Positions 50,701 to 64,000 are shown, numbered from the stretch's first letter. The stretch is 64,000 nt of DNA from Calcarisporiella thermophila CBS 279.70 (GCF_041956535.1 NW_027192194.1:217444-281443); one strand, 5' to 3'. The notes: generated from the letters alone by a model not told the origin. Made by a program: numbers and translations.

Positions 50701-53700
50701 CACAGTCCTCCAGAAATATGGTCGCCCTCATCTATATCTCGAGTAAATAATAATAGCTTTAAGCGTGGCTTTGGTGATCAAGGCGAAACATCAGATCTAG
50801 AAAATACTGAGCAAGCCGTTCCGAATTGTAAGCAATAATAAGTATTTTTTAAAGAGCGATATATTCCTATTTACCTTGCTATTCTACAGTGATATTCGAT
50901 AAACCACCTTCACCCATTCCTATTTCAACGCATTTTTCATTTTATATACTTCCTCCACCTCCTTCTGCCCGAGAGCTCTTTAACACGCTAATTGATTTCG
51001 AGATTCCGTGCGTAATTTACAAAGAACCGTACTACAGCAGCGAACAGGATGCGCCTAAACGCAAGCAGCAACAAGGAAGGATCAAATCAGAAAATACTCG
51101 ATCGCTAGACGAGTTTGATTCTGGATTCAAAACGCGAGCTCTAATGAATAGTAGTAGCATCGCCGGGACGTCAAGGATAAAAGCTTGGACAATCACCGCT
51201 TTACCCCCTACAAAAAAAGAAATCGATAAATGGCTGGAAGAAGAGAATTACAGAAAGAAACAGGATATATACAACGAAAAGTCTGCGCAATGGGTGTCAC
51301 AAATTGAGGCTCCTACACAAGCAAATACCTTTGGCTTTAATCGCACCATGAACAAGTCTTCCGAAATGGAGCATGAACAGCAATATGTGGACATAATGAG
51401 CCTTGAGCTTCATGGTAATTTTATCATCAATTTTACTTGGCAAAAATGTTGATGGCAATATTCCATTTTCTCAATAGTGAATACACGTGGAGGGCTATTA
51501 CCGGATCCGAAGCAAGACTCTATAGCTGTTGCCACATTCTGTTTCAAGTCAGAGAGATGGAATAATTTCTCAAATGGAAATTGTGTTGGGTATATAATTA
51601 AATACTATCAAATTGGTCACTTTTAACGTATTATTTAATAATATGATATGATTCTAAGGTATCGAACGGGTTTCATTGCGATAAAGGACCAGATTGATCC
51701 AGCAAAACTTGGTCTTCTTGGATATGAAGTTTATCTAGTAGATGATGAACGAGCACTAATTGAACAGATAGTAGAACGTGTTCGCTTGTTTGATCCGGAC
51801 ATGTTAGCCGGCTATGAAATACACAAAACGTCTTGGGGATATCTTGTGGAAAGAGGAAAAGCAGCTTTTGGTTTCTATCTATACATCTTTATTGAATAGA
51901 GTCAAAAATATTGATTCTAGATATCTTCACTTGTAGATATGAATTTGCTCGAGGATTTATCACGAATCGCTACTTTTCCGAATACTACAATACACAAGGA
52001 TGAATCCTGGGGTTACAAGAAAGGTTCAGCAATTCATATTACAGGACGCCACATGCTTAATATCTGGAGGTTGCTACGACATGAGATCAGTTTACAAAGC
52101 TACACCTTTGAGAATATAGTATTTCACTTTTTGCACCAGCGGTAATTTAATATTATCAATAGTCAAAAAAGAACGAAAGCTGAAAAATGGTCTGTTTGCG
52201 ATAGTTTGCCTTGGTTCAGCCATCAGGTTCTGACACGTTGGTATAAAATGGGTCCACCAGTATTAAAGTCTCGAGTAATCAAATATTATCTTGAGAGGGT
52301 CGAAAAAGACTTAGCACTTCTTGAAGAATCAGAAATTATACACCATACTTGGTGAGTACAGTTTTTTGAATTAACCTTGAGATTGTGTTAGTTAATTATT
52401 TCTATGATCATAGCGAATTTGCTCGAGTTATTGGAATCGATTTCTACTCAGTTCTTACTCGTGGTTCCCAGTTCAAGGTCGAATCACTGATGATCCGTAT
52501 AGCAAAGCCAGAGAATTTCATATTTATTTCTCCAACTCGGAAGCAAGTAGGAGAGCAGCGCGCAGCTGAATGTCTCCCACTGGTTATGGAGCCGCAGTCT
52601 GACCTATACACAAGCCCAGTGCTTGTTCTCGACTTCCAGTCATTGTATCCCTCTATTATGATTGCATATAACTACTGTTATTCTACCTTTTTGGGCAAGA
52701 TAGTTGCTCCAGGTGGCAGCAACAAGTTCGGAGTATCAGATCTCGAATTGCCAGTGGGATTTTTATCGGATATGAGGCAATATATAACCATATCGCCCAA
52801 CGGGATGATGTTCTTAAAAGCAGAGGTGAGAAAAGGACTGCTCGGACGAATGCTGACAGAAGTACTAGAGACACGGTTCATGCTCAAGCAAGTAATGAAA
52901 AATGAAACGGAAAATAAGGTATCCCTTTCACTATTAACACCCAGTCAATCGAGCAATTTTAATTCATTACTTGCTTTGAATATCCTTAGACTCTCTTTCG
53001 ATATTTAAATGGCAGTCAACTCGGATTAAAACTGATTGCTAACGTGATTTACGGCTACACAGCAGCGAGCTATTCAGGGCGAATGCCTGCTGTTGAGATC
53101 GCCGATAGCATAGTTCAAACAGGACGCCAAACGTTGGAACGCGCAATAGACGTCATCAATACAACTAGTAAGTGGGGAGCAAATGTCGTCTATGGCGACA
53201 CAGATAGTATGTTTGTTCACTTGCCAGGTGCCTCACTCGAACGGGCCTTTGCCATTGGACATGAGATTGCTGACACGATCACACGTATGAACCCGCATCC
53301 AGTTAAGCTCAAATTCGAGAAAGTGTACCATCCATGCATCCTTCAAACTAAGAAGCGGTATGTCGGATTTAAATATGAGAAACCGACGGATGTGGCCGAA
53401 TACGAAGCAAAGGGTACCGAAACCATTAGGAGAGATACTGTGCCTGCCGTCCAGAAGATGATGGAAAAATGCCTGAAAATGCTGTTTCGAAGAAAGAATT
53501 TGACGGAAATAAAGCAATATTTAACGCGTCAGTGGACTAAGATTTTACAGGGGCGTGTCTCATTACAAGATTTTATATTCGCGAAGGAGGTGCGGTTGGG
53601 GACTTACAGGTACTTGGGTTCTCTATAATATGCCATTCTGGTTTTGTTTGCTTCTATTATCTATTTCCTAATTCGGAGATAATTTTAGTGATAAGCATAA

Positions 53701-54388
53701 CGGCGCATTTCTCCCTCCTGGAGCTGTCGTTAGTAACCGGCGTTTAGCTACAGATCCAAATGCCGTGCCCGAATATGCAGAACGAGTGCCTTATGTGGTT
53801 GTTTATGGGGGGGTAGGCGCTCGACTCATCGACCAAGTTGTTTCACCAGAGGAATTTATCGCAAACAAAAGAAACCTTCGGCTTAATGGGCACTATTATA
53901 TTACGAAGCAGATTATTCCCAGTTTGGACCGCGTGTTCAGTTTAATTGGGGTGGATATAGCGAGCTGGTTCGAGGAAATGCCGCGGACTATCCGAGCACC
54001 CAATTCTGTTCTGGCGAGAAATAGTATCAAGAATAGCGCAATTGCCCGGACATTAGATCAGTATCTTACTGGCAGTCGCTGCCTTAGCTGTGCCGCACTT
54101 GTTGACGTAGCTGATCAACTGTGCGCATATTGCACAGGACCTAACAAGTCTGAGGCAATTTATCAGCTTGAGCGACGAATCCAATTAGTAGAAGAGCGCT
54201 ACAGTCGACTAGTCGAATTATGCTCGAGATGTTCAGGCGAACCAGCATTTATTGGTGCGAGAGGTGGATCACAAATGTCGTGCGAGAGTTTAGATTGTGG
54301 TATTTACTTTGAAAGAATGCGTATTTTGAAGAAAAAAGAAGAAATAGAGCATTTACGAGAGATAATAGAGCAGATTTCGCAAGGATAG
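47781..54388 (+). CDS. REV3: DNA polymerase zeta catalytic subunit (multi-exon, one AT-AC intron)
   Basis: RIFGSTEYGQKCCLHVHQ, QPHESHVPFLLQFLADYNLFGM, TRGSQFKVES, DFQSLYPS, YGDTDS, ERVPYVV and C-terminal CysA/CysB motifs. Confidence 0.96.
48352..48436 (+). other. U12-type (minor spliceosome) AT-AC intron in REV3
   Basis: 5' site ATATCCTTT, branch-like TTTTTCTTAAC (48404-48414) and 3' AC. Removing it restores FLKIYC|IQPHMVSK in frame. Confidence 0.9.
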
Positions 54389-55147
54389 GCTTATATGTGT
54401 TATTGTATTTATTTTATTTGTGCTATTTGTTTTTATTAGTGTTATTGTGCTTAGCTACTATAATATTTTTTTTAATGATTTCTGTCCCCCTTTTTTCTTG
54501 TACTCGTTTCCTTATCGTCTTTGTGATATCTAGTAAAATTGCCACCTGTATTCAAGTAAATTAAGAAATGTTTGAATATAGTTTGAAGTTTTTTAACAAA
54601 ACTATTTTCCTTAAGCACCAAACCCTCGTTTCCTCTTGCAAAACGCCAACGTATGCTCTCGGTTCATGCTTAATTGCTCCGCTACTGGGCCTCTAAGTAA
54701 ATACGTCCAAAAAAATATGGATGAATTACTTTTTTAAGGAATGCGAAAAAATGCTTTGAACACTATGCTTGGGCATATCTTTTTCATTTATCATTCATCC
54801 GAAAACTGGTGTTGCATGGATTGGTACTCTATCATGTTGTTAAATCCCCTATAAGAAAGGCAACAATTGTTTCTTTTTTTGCTATTTCGAAGTCTGGCAG
54901 CAACCTTGTTGTGGCTATTGCATTTGCATTCTATTTTGAAACACGGAGAACTTTAAATTATATTTCGATGGAATAGGTGCCTTGTTAGCATTAGATTTCA
55001 TGACTTGCTAATATCTAAATCTATACCACGATTGACAACGACACTGGTGTTAAATGGGTGCTAAGATCTCTCCCGAAAACCTTAGAGTTGCATGCAGTTT
55101 TGTAATTTCTTCGTAGCGAGTTATTTTTTCATTAAAATTAGCGGCTA

Positions 55148-55839
55148 ATGGAGAATAATCGAGAAGTTGACGAGACATCTCTAATGGCGCCCGTACTATA
55201 CACCACTACCATTTCTATCATGGTTCCCAAGTACTTCCATGAATGTGACATATCTTATCTAATACATATGATGGGTAGCATAGAATATGTTTAACTCTCT
55301 ATTAGCACCAAATCTAACTTATTGAACTTTTTTTAGCAGATATGCTTGGTAGACTGACTACACACAATGATTTGATCCCTTTTTCTGCTTCCACGCTCAC
55401 TCATTTTCATTCAAGCGAGCCTCCTTCTATATCCATATATGACTATCTTCGTCGAATCGTCGAATATACCGCCTTGGAAAATGCTTGTCTACTTCTTATC
55501 ATTGTCTACATCGACCGTGTCTGCATCTCCAATCCAGTCTTTGCTATATCCTCTCTCACCGTGCACCGTTTTCTTATAACTGCTGCAACTGTAGGATCTA
55601 AAATGGTTTGCGATTCATACTGTACCAATAAACACTATGCCAGAGTAGGAGGGATCGAATTGCTAGAGTTAAATCGATTGGAATTGGATTTTGTGGAGAT
55701 GATTCAATGGGAACTCAGCTGTACAGGTGATATACTGCAACGATATTATGAAAGTTTGATAGCACAATGCCCAATATACTGGCAAGAAAGAGGACTGGAC
55801 GAAAGGCTTCAAGACATAATGGATATTGGGACGACTTGA
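55148..55839 (+). CDS. PHO80/PCL-family cyclin (2 exons)
   Basis: LTHFHSSEPPSISIYDYLRRI, YIDR, SSLTVHRFLITAATVGSK..DSYCTNKHYARVGG..ELNRLE. Confidence 0.9.
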
Positions 55840-56334
55840 AAGTGAACAGACCGAGGCTGTATATATATAAATAGAATTTAATTTTACACTTACCAACTAG
55901 TGTTAATTGTTTTGAATATAATATCCCTATATATCTCTATTTAATTCGCATAGTATGTAAAAATACTGTTACTAAATGTTGATGATCTTTACTATGGCAA
56001 TATTTTGGTTAAATAAAAATATTGACTAGCTAAAAACTTGAATATATATATGTATAGAAGACAAATCGCTACTGAGCTGGAAAGAGTAAACATTACAGTA
56101 ATATTAGTAAGTAGGAGTATTTTATGATATATGTATTTTATTAAATGCGTAATGGATCCTAGTAAAATGTAAATTCCCATCAATACCACACTGAATTAAA
56201 AATTTCACACCTGTGCTGTAGTCTAATCCAGAATTTTATCCACAAATTCAAGTAAAAATTGTCTGAAATTTTATAGGATTGTATATCTGGCATTTTACAT
56301 CTCATTAATCAGCTTAAAATATAAATGCATTGAA

Positions 56335-58252
56335 ATGTTCAAAAAGGCATTTTCCACTCTTTTGCATCATTTGTTACCATATACATCCCTTTCACGGAGC
56401 GACGATGGCGCCGATCTGACCTTATCAAAGAGATTATACACCCCTTCGGTTTTCCACTTCTTCGTCTCACGGTATTTTATTCTTGTCATATTCACGGTAA
56501 GATTAGAGCGAAAAAGCAAAAGAAAACCAATATTAATACAAACGTTAAGTGAGAAGAGAAGCACATAGATCTCACTCTTGTTATGATTTTTATTTTGTCA
56601 TTTAGTCGATTTTTGTCCATGGTATTCTTCACACGGTAATTCTGCGCCGGCCAATTTCTTCGACTCTCCGTACCAAGCTCCTTCTACGTTTTCCTACAAT
56701 TCTTTATCTCTATATCACTACGGTTACGCTTTTATATCATTTCTCAAACCATTACTCATTACCTTTGGCACGCACTGGTAAATCCGAGGCGGATACACTT
56801 TGGTCGGCGTTTAAAGCTATTTCTCTCTCTTGCATTGTGGATGTATTTTCAGATTGTATCGAGAATCGTGATCGGTCTGAACCACAATCCATGACACTAC
56901 TCGAGTGGGCCATTACTCTCTACTTTACAGCCTCCTCCAGTAATCGCGAACACAGCCAGATAAACCACGGCATCGTGGTTGCCATCCTCCACCTCTCTCA
57001 GCTCTTGACCTTTCATATCATGAAGTTTATTAACCCTGCTCTTGACCGCTATCGCTTAATACCATCGTCGATATTTGGTGCTATTGGCCTTCTGCACTTT
57101 CTTTTTGCGATGTCTCGTGCAGAAGATTACCCGCTCATTCCATTTACTATTCGAATACTTGAGCTGCTCGTTCTGACTGTGATAGCTATTTTTACATTGG
57201 TGCGCCTAGTCACCTTATTAATTGTGGGGGGTGCCGGGTGTCCACATCCTCTCTTCGATCGTCGAAGCTTACCTCGCTGGCATGAAGACTATGGACTTGC
57301 AGTGTTTCGGCTTGGGAACGCATGCGTAGAAAGTGGCTCAGGGACATATTCGAATGAGCTGACTGCGGTGGTAATGCCTGTATCTAGAGCCGAAACAGGT
57401 CGTCATACAGGCAGGAGTGGCAAGGGGCCCTTTGCGACGTTGGTCCCAGATAGAGTGCCAACTGGAAGACAGCGGATGCAAATGAGAAAAAGAGCGCGGT
57501 ATGTGACTATCAAGATGTTCTTGTTCAACTGTATGAAGGCTTTTATGCGCTCCATGGAGTGGTTGTGGTACAGAGCCAGAAGGAGACGACGAAGCGGAGA
57601 AATGGAGAGGTATGTGGATATGCCATTGACAGCGGAGAACAAAAGCGTGGACGAAGATGGAGAAGAGTTGTATATGCGATTTTTGGGTGGAGATTTGAGC
57701 GAGACAGAGATGGAGGATTCCGAGGAATATTTCCCGCCGTCCCCTTCTATTTCAGACAGTGAAGAAGAGGTAGAAGGAGAGGAGGAGGAGGAGCGCGAGG
57801 AAGCTGGCTGCAATAGTAATTGTGAAGGAACGGAGTTAGAAAATAACGCAATATTAATGTCGAGTGAGGCTGCGGGGCTAATGGAAGACATGGTGCAGTT
57901 CGACCGAGACAGAGATATTCCTGTACTGCTGCCTCTCCCGCTGTTCTTTCTAACGCACTATCTTACATTTGGAACCTTAACACGTAGGCGTTTTAATCGC
58001 TTGCTTTCTACGGATGCTCCTCTAACAAACAGTGACGAAAGTCAAGAAAATGGAAAAAATAGCAATGAGAAAGATGATACAGACTGGCGTTGTGTAGTGT
58101 GTCAGAGCGCGGAGCGATGCATTCTTTTGCGGCCATGTTTTTGTTTAGCTTTATGTGATGAGTGTAGGGAGAGGATGGCAAGGAGGAAATATAAATCTTG
58201 TCCCACTTGCCGTCGGGAAGTGGAGGGATATTCGCGTGTATATGTGCCGTAA
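56335..58252 (+). CDS. Asi1/Asi3-like multi-TM RING E3 ubiquitin ligase (2 exons)
   Basis: N-terminal TM helices, an acidic linker and terminal CVVCQ..R.ILLRPCFCLALCDECR..CPTCRREVEGYSRVYVP. Confidence 0.8.
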
Positions 58253-58601
58253 AGTTTATGAACACTTTCAAACCCCTTCTACTGTATTATTATATTATCT
58301 TGTATAATCTAGCCATTAGATATTGCTTTAACAGGACTTTTTTACCAGCGAATATCTCTTTTTTTTTTCCTAAACAGAGTATATTTATTTATGATACTAT
58401 ATTTGTTATATTTCTTTTTTAAGATTTATGTTCAAAACTGTCAATCGTCATTCAGAGGTCAAAATAATAATATTAGAGGCCAAATTGTTACCTGTTTCAG
58501 GTCCATATTTGTATTTTTAATAGTTTGCCACCGTCTTTTATTCCCAAAATGCTAGACTCATTACTCTGCTCCTCTCTTTCCAATCGGGTCTTGCATTCAC
58601 A

Positions 58602-59120
58602 ATGTGGTTGTTATCAGTTCTAAATGGGATGAATATTATATTAGCTTTCCTCTTGAAAATCGAGTCAGCTCCGACTATGGAAATTAGTTCGTTCCGCGTA
58701 TGTTCTAGCCCTGTCCTCGTCCCACTAATTTACTGAAATATTTTCTACGCTAATTAGCCACAATTTGAAGTTTCGCTATATAATGTCGCCTCTCAATCAT
58801 ACATTGCATCTTTGTGTGACTGCTCACTTCCTCAATGCTTACAACAACCTATGCTTACTCTCCAAGATCCCAAGACTTGGTTTGCCTACCGCATGGAGCC
58901 GACTGCAGTAGCAGGAGATTGCAATGTCTTGATCGAACAAGGCGAAAGTATATGGGGACAGATTAGCCTACCTGGATGTACGTTGGGAGATGCAACTACT
59001 CGCGCGACCATGCCAGTTGTTTTAAGGGGATGCTCGGGATGTCTGATAAGATTTGGATGGAACGGAAAAGAAGGGATGAGAGTCGAACAGTGCGTGAGAT
59101 TGAAAATAGATGAAGTATAG
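58602..59120 (+). CDS. Small, probably secreted Cys-rich protein (152 aa; intron at 58698-58757)
   Basis: Hydrophobic MWLLSVLNGMNIILAFLL start. A phase-0 intron GTATGT..GCTAAT.TAG joins it in frame to an 8-Cys exon. Confidence 0.6.
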
Positions 59121-59339
59121 CCGCTGAAGGTCATATTAATTTATTCCTTTGAAAACACTACAATAATAGCGGTGACATAATAAACTTCTGTTGTGCGTGG
59201 AAGAAAAAATAAAGTTCATTAATGATCCAATGGGAAACTTTACTTGTCAACATGCTTCCTAGTGTATTCATTAAAGGTTACTTTTGCAATAGCTCCCTAT
59301 CTGTGAATCTCCTTCCTCTCCTTCCCTACTCTTCTCCCT

Positions 59340-60776
59340 ATGTACTTCTTTGTCTCCTTCCTGCTCCTACTCTCAGGAGTTATAGCCGTAACCAATGAAG
59401 ATTATCGTCATCAGCATAATGATAAATCGCCTGCTGAATTCAATTTTAGACTCTCGACAAAATCACCGTATCCGTGGGAGAGTGCGAACCCTAGACCAGG
59501 AATGTTGTTTCTGAAGAAGTGCAAGTTGGAGCAGGTGCAAGTCATTTCGCGTCATGGTACATTTGTATATAAAAACTACACTGTGCTTTGGATCGATAAC
59601 TCTTTATTTGAATAGGGACTCGCTATCCTGGTAAGAAGGATATCAAGGAATTCGACGCACTTCCGTCTCACTTCAATAAATCAGAGCTGACTGGCAAATA
59701 TGGCTGGATTCAGATATGGGTATGTGTTGCGCGAGTTGACTGAAAGTTTCTGCTGTTGCTCAAAACTAACAATACACCAGAAAAATCCTTTTCCTATTGA
59801 GAAAGAAGATATCCTCGACAAACAAGGTGAACGAGATCTCTATCTCCTCGGAAAGCGTCTTGCGAAACATTATGATCACTTTCTTTCTACTTTTCGGTAT
59901 GATGAAACTACCGTCGAGTTCCGTAGCTCAAGTGAATCGCGCTCCGGCCAGTCGGGAAGCGCATTCGCTATTGGTCTCTTCGAGGGTCGTGGTACACTTA
60001 CCCGCTCACATATCCAACCAGTATATATCCCAACCTTGCCTAAAGGCCAAGACACACAGCTGGCTCCAAAATACGCCTGCCAAAAATGGCAGAATGAGGT
60101 GAAAAATGACAAGAAGGGTGCGAGAGAGCAAGCCAAATTCGAATCTGAACAGTTGGCTGGTATCGCATCACGACTCAGCGGCCTATTCAGTATTAAAGTG
60201 GACACTCAGCTCGTCAAAACCATTTATAAAGCATGTGCATTCGAGTGGGCAATCTTTAGGAGAAAGGAGACATGGTGCTCTCTTCTTAACCTTGACGATT
60301 TCAAGTTGTTGGAGTACTATGAGGATATAGAGGATTATTATAAGCACTCATATGGTAATCCACTAAATGAATATGTGGGATGTGATCTAGCGACTAGCCT
60401 GGTTAAAGATATGGAAGCGGGATTAAAGAAAGGTGTATTCAAATTTGGACATTCAGAAACAGTCAACTTTCTGTATAGTGCACTTGGCTTCTTCAAGGAT
60501 GAGCGGGAACTTGACGCAAATTGGACCAAAGAGGACCGTGAAAGGCGGAAGTTTCGCGGATCTATCATCAGTCCCTTCGCAGCTAATCTGATATTCGAAT
60601 TGTATAACTGTGCAAATGATGGAAAAGTGATACAGGCGTATGTAAATGAGCAAAGGGTGGAGATTCCTAACTGCAAGGGAGTATGCAAAATCGATAATTT
60701 TAAGCAAATACTTGGGGACAAATTTGAGTGCAATTTCAACAAAATATGTGAAAACAAGGATGCAATGAGCAATTGA
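59340..60776 (+). CDS. Histidine acid phosphatase/phytase, MINPP1-like (3 exons)
   Basis: Signal peptide, STKSPY, spliced RHGTRYP, FGHSET and PFAANL. Confidence 0.92.
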
Positions 60777-60930
60777 GTGTACCGAGACTAACCTAAGCAT
60801 CACTCTCTAGAAAATTCGTTTTCTTGTCGTTATGGTATAATAAAAGTAAAAGGTACGACAAGATATTTATTATGGTTGATCAAATAAATAGTGCTCGCAC
60901 CGAAAAAAACAAACAAATATTGTATATCAA

Positions 60931-61481
60931 TCATGCATCGGAGTTATCAGCAGCAAGAAGTTTGTCTAGAGTTCCGTCAGATTTGGCTTTGGTTAGGTCA
61001 TCGCACCCCCCAACATGCTTCTGTCCGATAAAGATATTTGGCACCTATAAAAATTTCGTGCAAATATGAAATACTCATATTTTGATGATAAAACATTAAT
61101 TCATGTAAATCCTTACGGTTCGTTGCCCGGTTTTTTGCAACAAGTATTCCTGAATCGCTTGTCCGTTTTCTAGTATTGAATTTCCAGTGATTATCATCAT
61201 TTAGCATCGTTAATTTTCCCACATACCCATTTGATCCAGTTCGTACACCTTCGCTTTCTTGCCTGTATCTGCAAGGATTTTTTTTGCCCTGGTGCAATAC
61301 GGACAATACGACTTACTGAATACTACAATAAACTAATGAAGCAATAAAGTGATACATTTCAGATAAATTTGAATTTCACAATAAAAAACAAAAAGAATGT
61401 GCGTACGTTGGAAGCTATGGCATCCTCTACGAACCGTTTGATTTCTTCGAAATCGATATTAGCTGATGATGAGCCGCCCAT
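60931..61481 (-). CDS. Dithiol glutaredoxin (CPYC), 4 exons; absent from the ORF track
   Basis: Spliced MGGSSSANIDF..VVFSKSYCPYC..YELD..GQRT|VPNIFIGQKHVGGCDDL. Confidence 0.92.
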
Positions 61482-61943
61482 TGCTATTTATAAGCAAAAA
61501 TTTATCACTACTCAAAAATAGGATTGAATAGTTTTATCAAGGGTACCAGATTCTCCCACATTTTATACCTTGGTGGCTAATCTTGAATGTTAATGACATC
61601 ATTCGGTAGTATGAGAAGATACTATCAATTTGGGCCTTGAATTGTATAATGTTTATATAAACTCAATGGTTTTTAGACAGGTTTCCTCAGAGAGAATGTG
61701 ATCGAAACTATTAATAAAATGAATCGGTATCTGCTTTACCATCAAGCTATAGTGCTTCACTATTTTTTATCCTATATGGTTCGTTAGGCTTGAAACGGGT
61801 AGACCATTAACAGGCAAATCGAGTATTGTATGTGACTGTTTAATTAATTTCAAATAGTAACCCTACTCCATTCTCGATAAAAACTACGTTATCAAATGTC
61901 ATTTAGTATCATTTGTAGCTCACCTTTTTGATTCTCAATTTCT

Positions 61944-62778
61944 ATGTCCAAATTCTGGTCACATCCGGTTACAATTACTGTCGCAAAAACATTAAAATGG
62001 CTACCAGTTGCTTTCTTTTTTGTTGAGCACGGTTACAGCATTGCCACCGTTAATGGAAGGAGTATGCAAGTATGCTTTTTAGCAAAATGATCTTATATTC
62101 CTTGAGATCATAAAAGAGCTGACTTAATTTATGATATCTTAATTTTCATTTATAGCCTACCTTTAATCCTGACACGAGTCTTCTAAAGCGAGACATAGTG
62201 CTTTTAGACAAATTTAGTGTTATGCGTCGAAAGATTGAAGTTGGAGATGTTGTCACATTAGCGTATGTATTCATTATACTCATATGATTATTAGAATTTT
62301 ACCTTTTTCTTTTGCCCAATAGATCACCAAACGATCCAAAACGTTATATTACTAAACGCGTAATTGCAGATGAAGGCGATTTAGTACGGACATTACCCCC
62401 TTATCCAGAAAGCATCGGTAAAGGTCAATTATTCTTCTATACATTATTCTTGGTCTAAACCTTTAATTTATCGATAATGCTAGTTAGGATACCAAAAGGG
62501 CATTGCTGGGTGGAAGGGGACGAGACGTTTCATAGTAGAGACAGCAATACTTTTGGACCAGTATGGTTTATTATTTTGGCATCATGTATCGAATCAATAT
62601 CCTAAAAAAATTCTAATGAATAAAATAGGTACCACAAGGTCTTATAAATGCCAAAGTGACATGGATTCTCTGGCCACTCTCTCGCTTTGGTCCTGTCCCT
62701 TCACGCACAAAATCTGATCGCATTGTGTCAAGAGGACCGCCGGTTCAGTTTGTAGAAGACAACGATTCCTGGCTATAA
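61944..62778 (+). CDS. IMP2: Mitochondrial inner membrane peptidase subunit 2 (5 exons); absent from the ORF track
   Basis: VNGRSMQ|PTFNP, SPNDP..TKRVIA.EGD, IPKGHCWVEGD..HSRDSNTFGPV and ILWP..RFG. Confidence 0.9.
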
Positions 62779-63212
62779 TTAAGATATTCGTGATTTGGGC
62801 TGACTTACTCAACCCAATATCTGCTTTTATGGCTAGAATGATTTATTAGAACCTTTATTAAGTTTCTACATTGTGTATCTGCTTTTATAAGCATTTTGGA
62901 TTCCCCCTCAAAACATTTATTTAATTAACAAAGAGCAACTAATATTACCTAAATACATTGAAGGCGCAAAGAAATGGGGTGTGAAAAACTGGAGACTAAT
63001 AGTTGTAGGAGTTGGAAAATGCAAAACTAGGGTTTATATTTAAACCCAAATAATAATATAAAAAAAAAAATAGACCAACAAGCAAATAAACGAGTAGAAA
63101 TTTGCATCATGCTAATTTATGAATGATTGTAAAGTTGGGTGGAGTAAAAAAAGGAGTGGAATGAGATAGAGAATAAAAAGATGCAATAATGTAAAAGCAC
63201 AAAGAAGAAACA

Positions 63213-64000
63213 TCACTCCCTTTCTTCAGATCTGACTGTTTCTTCTACCTTAGTTTTTGTTGAAGATGCTGATATGTGGGAAACCGACGAAAGTCTTGAA
63301 GGTGAACGACACATATCAATTGGTAACTGGCCACGCAAAGTCTTCTTTGTATTAATATAAGCGATAGCTTCAGCATCCAAATCGGTTGTATCAAGGGAGT
63401 CAAGGTCTGCGCCGTTAAGGATGAGCAGTTCGGCTAATGAAAATTGAGTCAGTCCACATACTGTATTGTCTTGATTGATCTCTGACTGGCCGAAAGCGAT
63501 TACATTCGAATTATTGCCTGAATTTTCCTCTGTAGTTTGTGTCTCAAGCTGCGTTCCGAGATTAGCGATGAGTGGCACAGGTATGGTGGTGATATCTGAA
63601 GTTGACTGAGTGAGAGCAACTTGAAGTGGAGAGGAAGACACTACATTTTCGGGTAATAATTTCTCATCCATTATGACAGGTTCGCACACCGAATCGATAG
63701 GGTTAGCTTCCTCTGACGAGTTGGATTTCCCCAACTCATTCCGGAATAGAGTCGCATTGAGCTCTGCACCGTGAGCTATAGCCTTTGAGGCTAAGGGGAT
63801 ATCCTTAGCTCTTATCGCACGGTATAGCATATCTGTTGGCGACTCCGCAAAGTCTTCAAATTTGCTTACGTACGCTTTTTCCACATATTTGGCCACAATG
63901 AAATTATGCTTAATCTTTCGCTCATCGAACGGCCCTGGCTTTGGAGTAGATGAATTTCCATTGATGCACGCTTCCCAAATTTGATTTGCTTGCTCGTTCC
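63213..64000 (-). CDS. 3' end of an ArfGAP protein with ankyrin-like repeats (runs off the window)
   Basis: ANQIWEA..P.P..ERKIK.NFIVAKYVEKAYV (end of the ArfGAP domain), LYRAIRAKD..AIAHGA and AELLILNGA. Confidence 0.8.
   Translation of the reverse strand, partial: NEQANQIWEACINGNSSTPKPGPFDERKIKHNFIVAKYVEKAYVSKFEDFAESPTDMLYRAIRAKDIPLASKAIAHGAELNATLFRNELGKSNSSEEANPIDSVCEPVIMDEKLLPENVVSSSPLQVALTQSTSDITTIPVPLIANLGTQLETQTTEENSGNNSNVIAFGQSEINQDNTVCGLTQFSLAELLILNGADLDSLDTTDLDAEAIAYINTKKTLRGQLPIDMCRSPSRLSSVSHISASSTKTKVEETVRSEERE

Noticed and set aside
52919-52989. REV3 intron with donor GTATCCCTTT as a possible second U12 intron
   Set aside because: It mismatches the U12 donor at +7 and has no TCCTTAAC-type branch site. 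Treated as U2-type, although it could be a converted minor intron.

Overview
This is a gene-dense, intron-rich eukaryotic window from a fungus. It is most likely an early-diverging, Mucoromycota-like lineage, inferred from gene content and a minor-spliceosome intron. About 30 protein-coding genes were reconstructed by hand across short introns. Well-supported genes are GND1, eIF3c, IRE1, a cold-shock-domain protein, an MCT-type MFS transporter, eIF2A, VPS41, COQ7, MRPL33, REV3, a PHO80-like cyclin, a MINPP1 phytase, a glutaredoxin, IMP2 and a partial ArfGAP. Family-level calls include an Rsc7/PHF10-like chromatin-remodelling subunit, an HExxH metalloprotease, a TM-anchored coiled-coil protein, a chorismate-lyase-like protein, Opy2-like, FAM214/Atos-like, an Azf1-like C2H2 factor, Ivy1-like, a Sel1-repeat protein, DUF5102/aftiphilin-like, a sulfotransferase-like protein, Rrn9-like, an Asi1/3-like RING ligase and a small secreted Cys-rich protein. 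No rRNA, tRNA, CRISPR or transposon was recognised. Four observations stand out. (1) REV3 contains a clear U12-type AT-AC intron. (2) One locus joins the yeast Rsc7/Swp82 domain, PHF10/SAY-like motifs and a DPF plus MLL-type PHD cassette, with a one-base frame discontinuity between the halves. (3) There is an intron-containing UbiC/Rv2949c-like chorismate lyase gene. (4) A sharply GC-rich block begins inside IRE1. All homology calls come from recalled motifs, not database searches.
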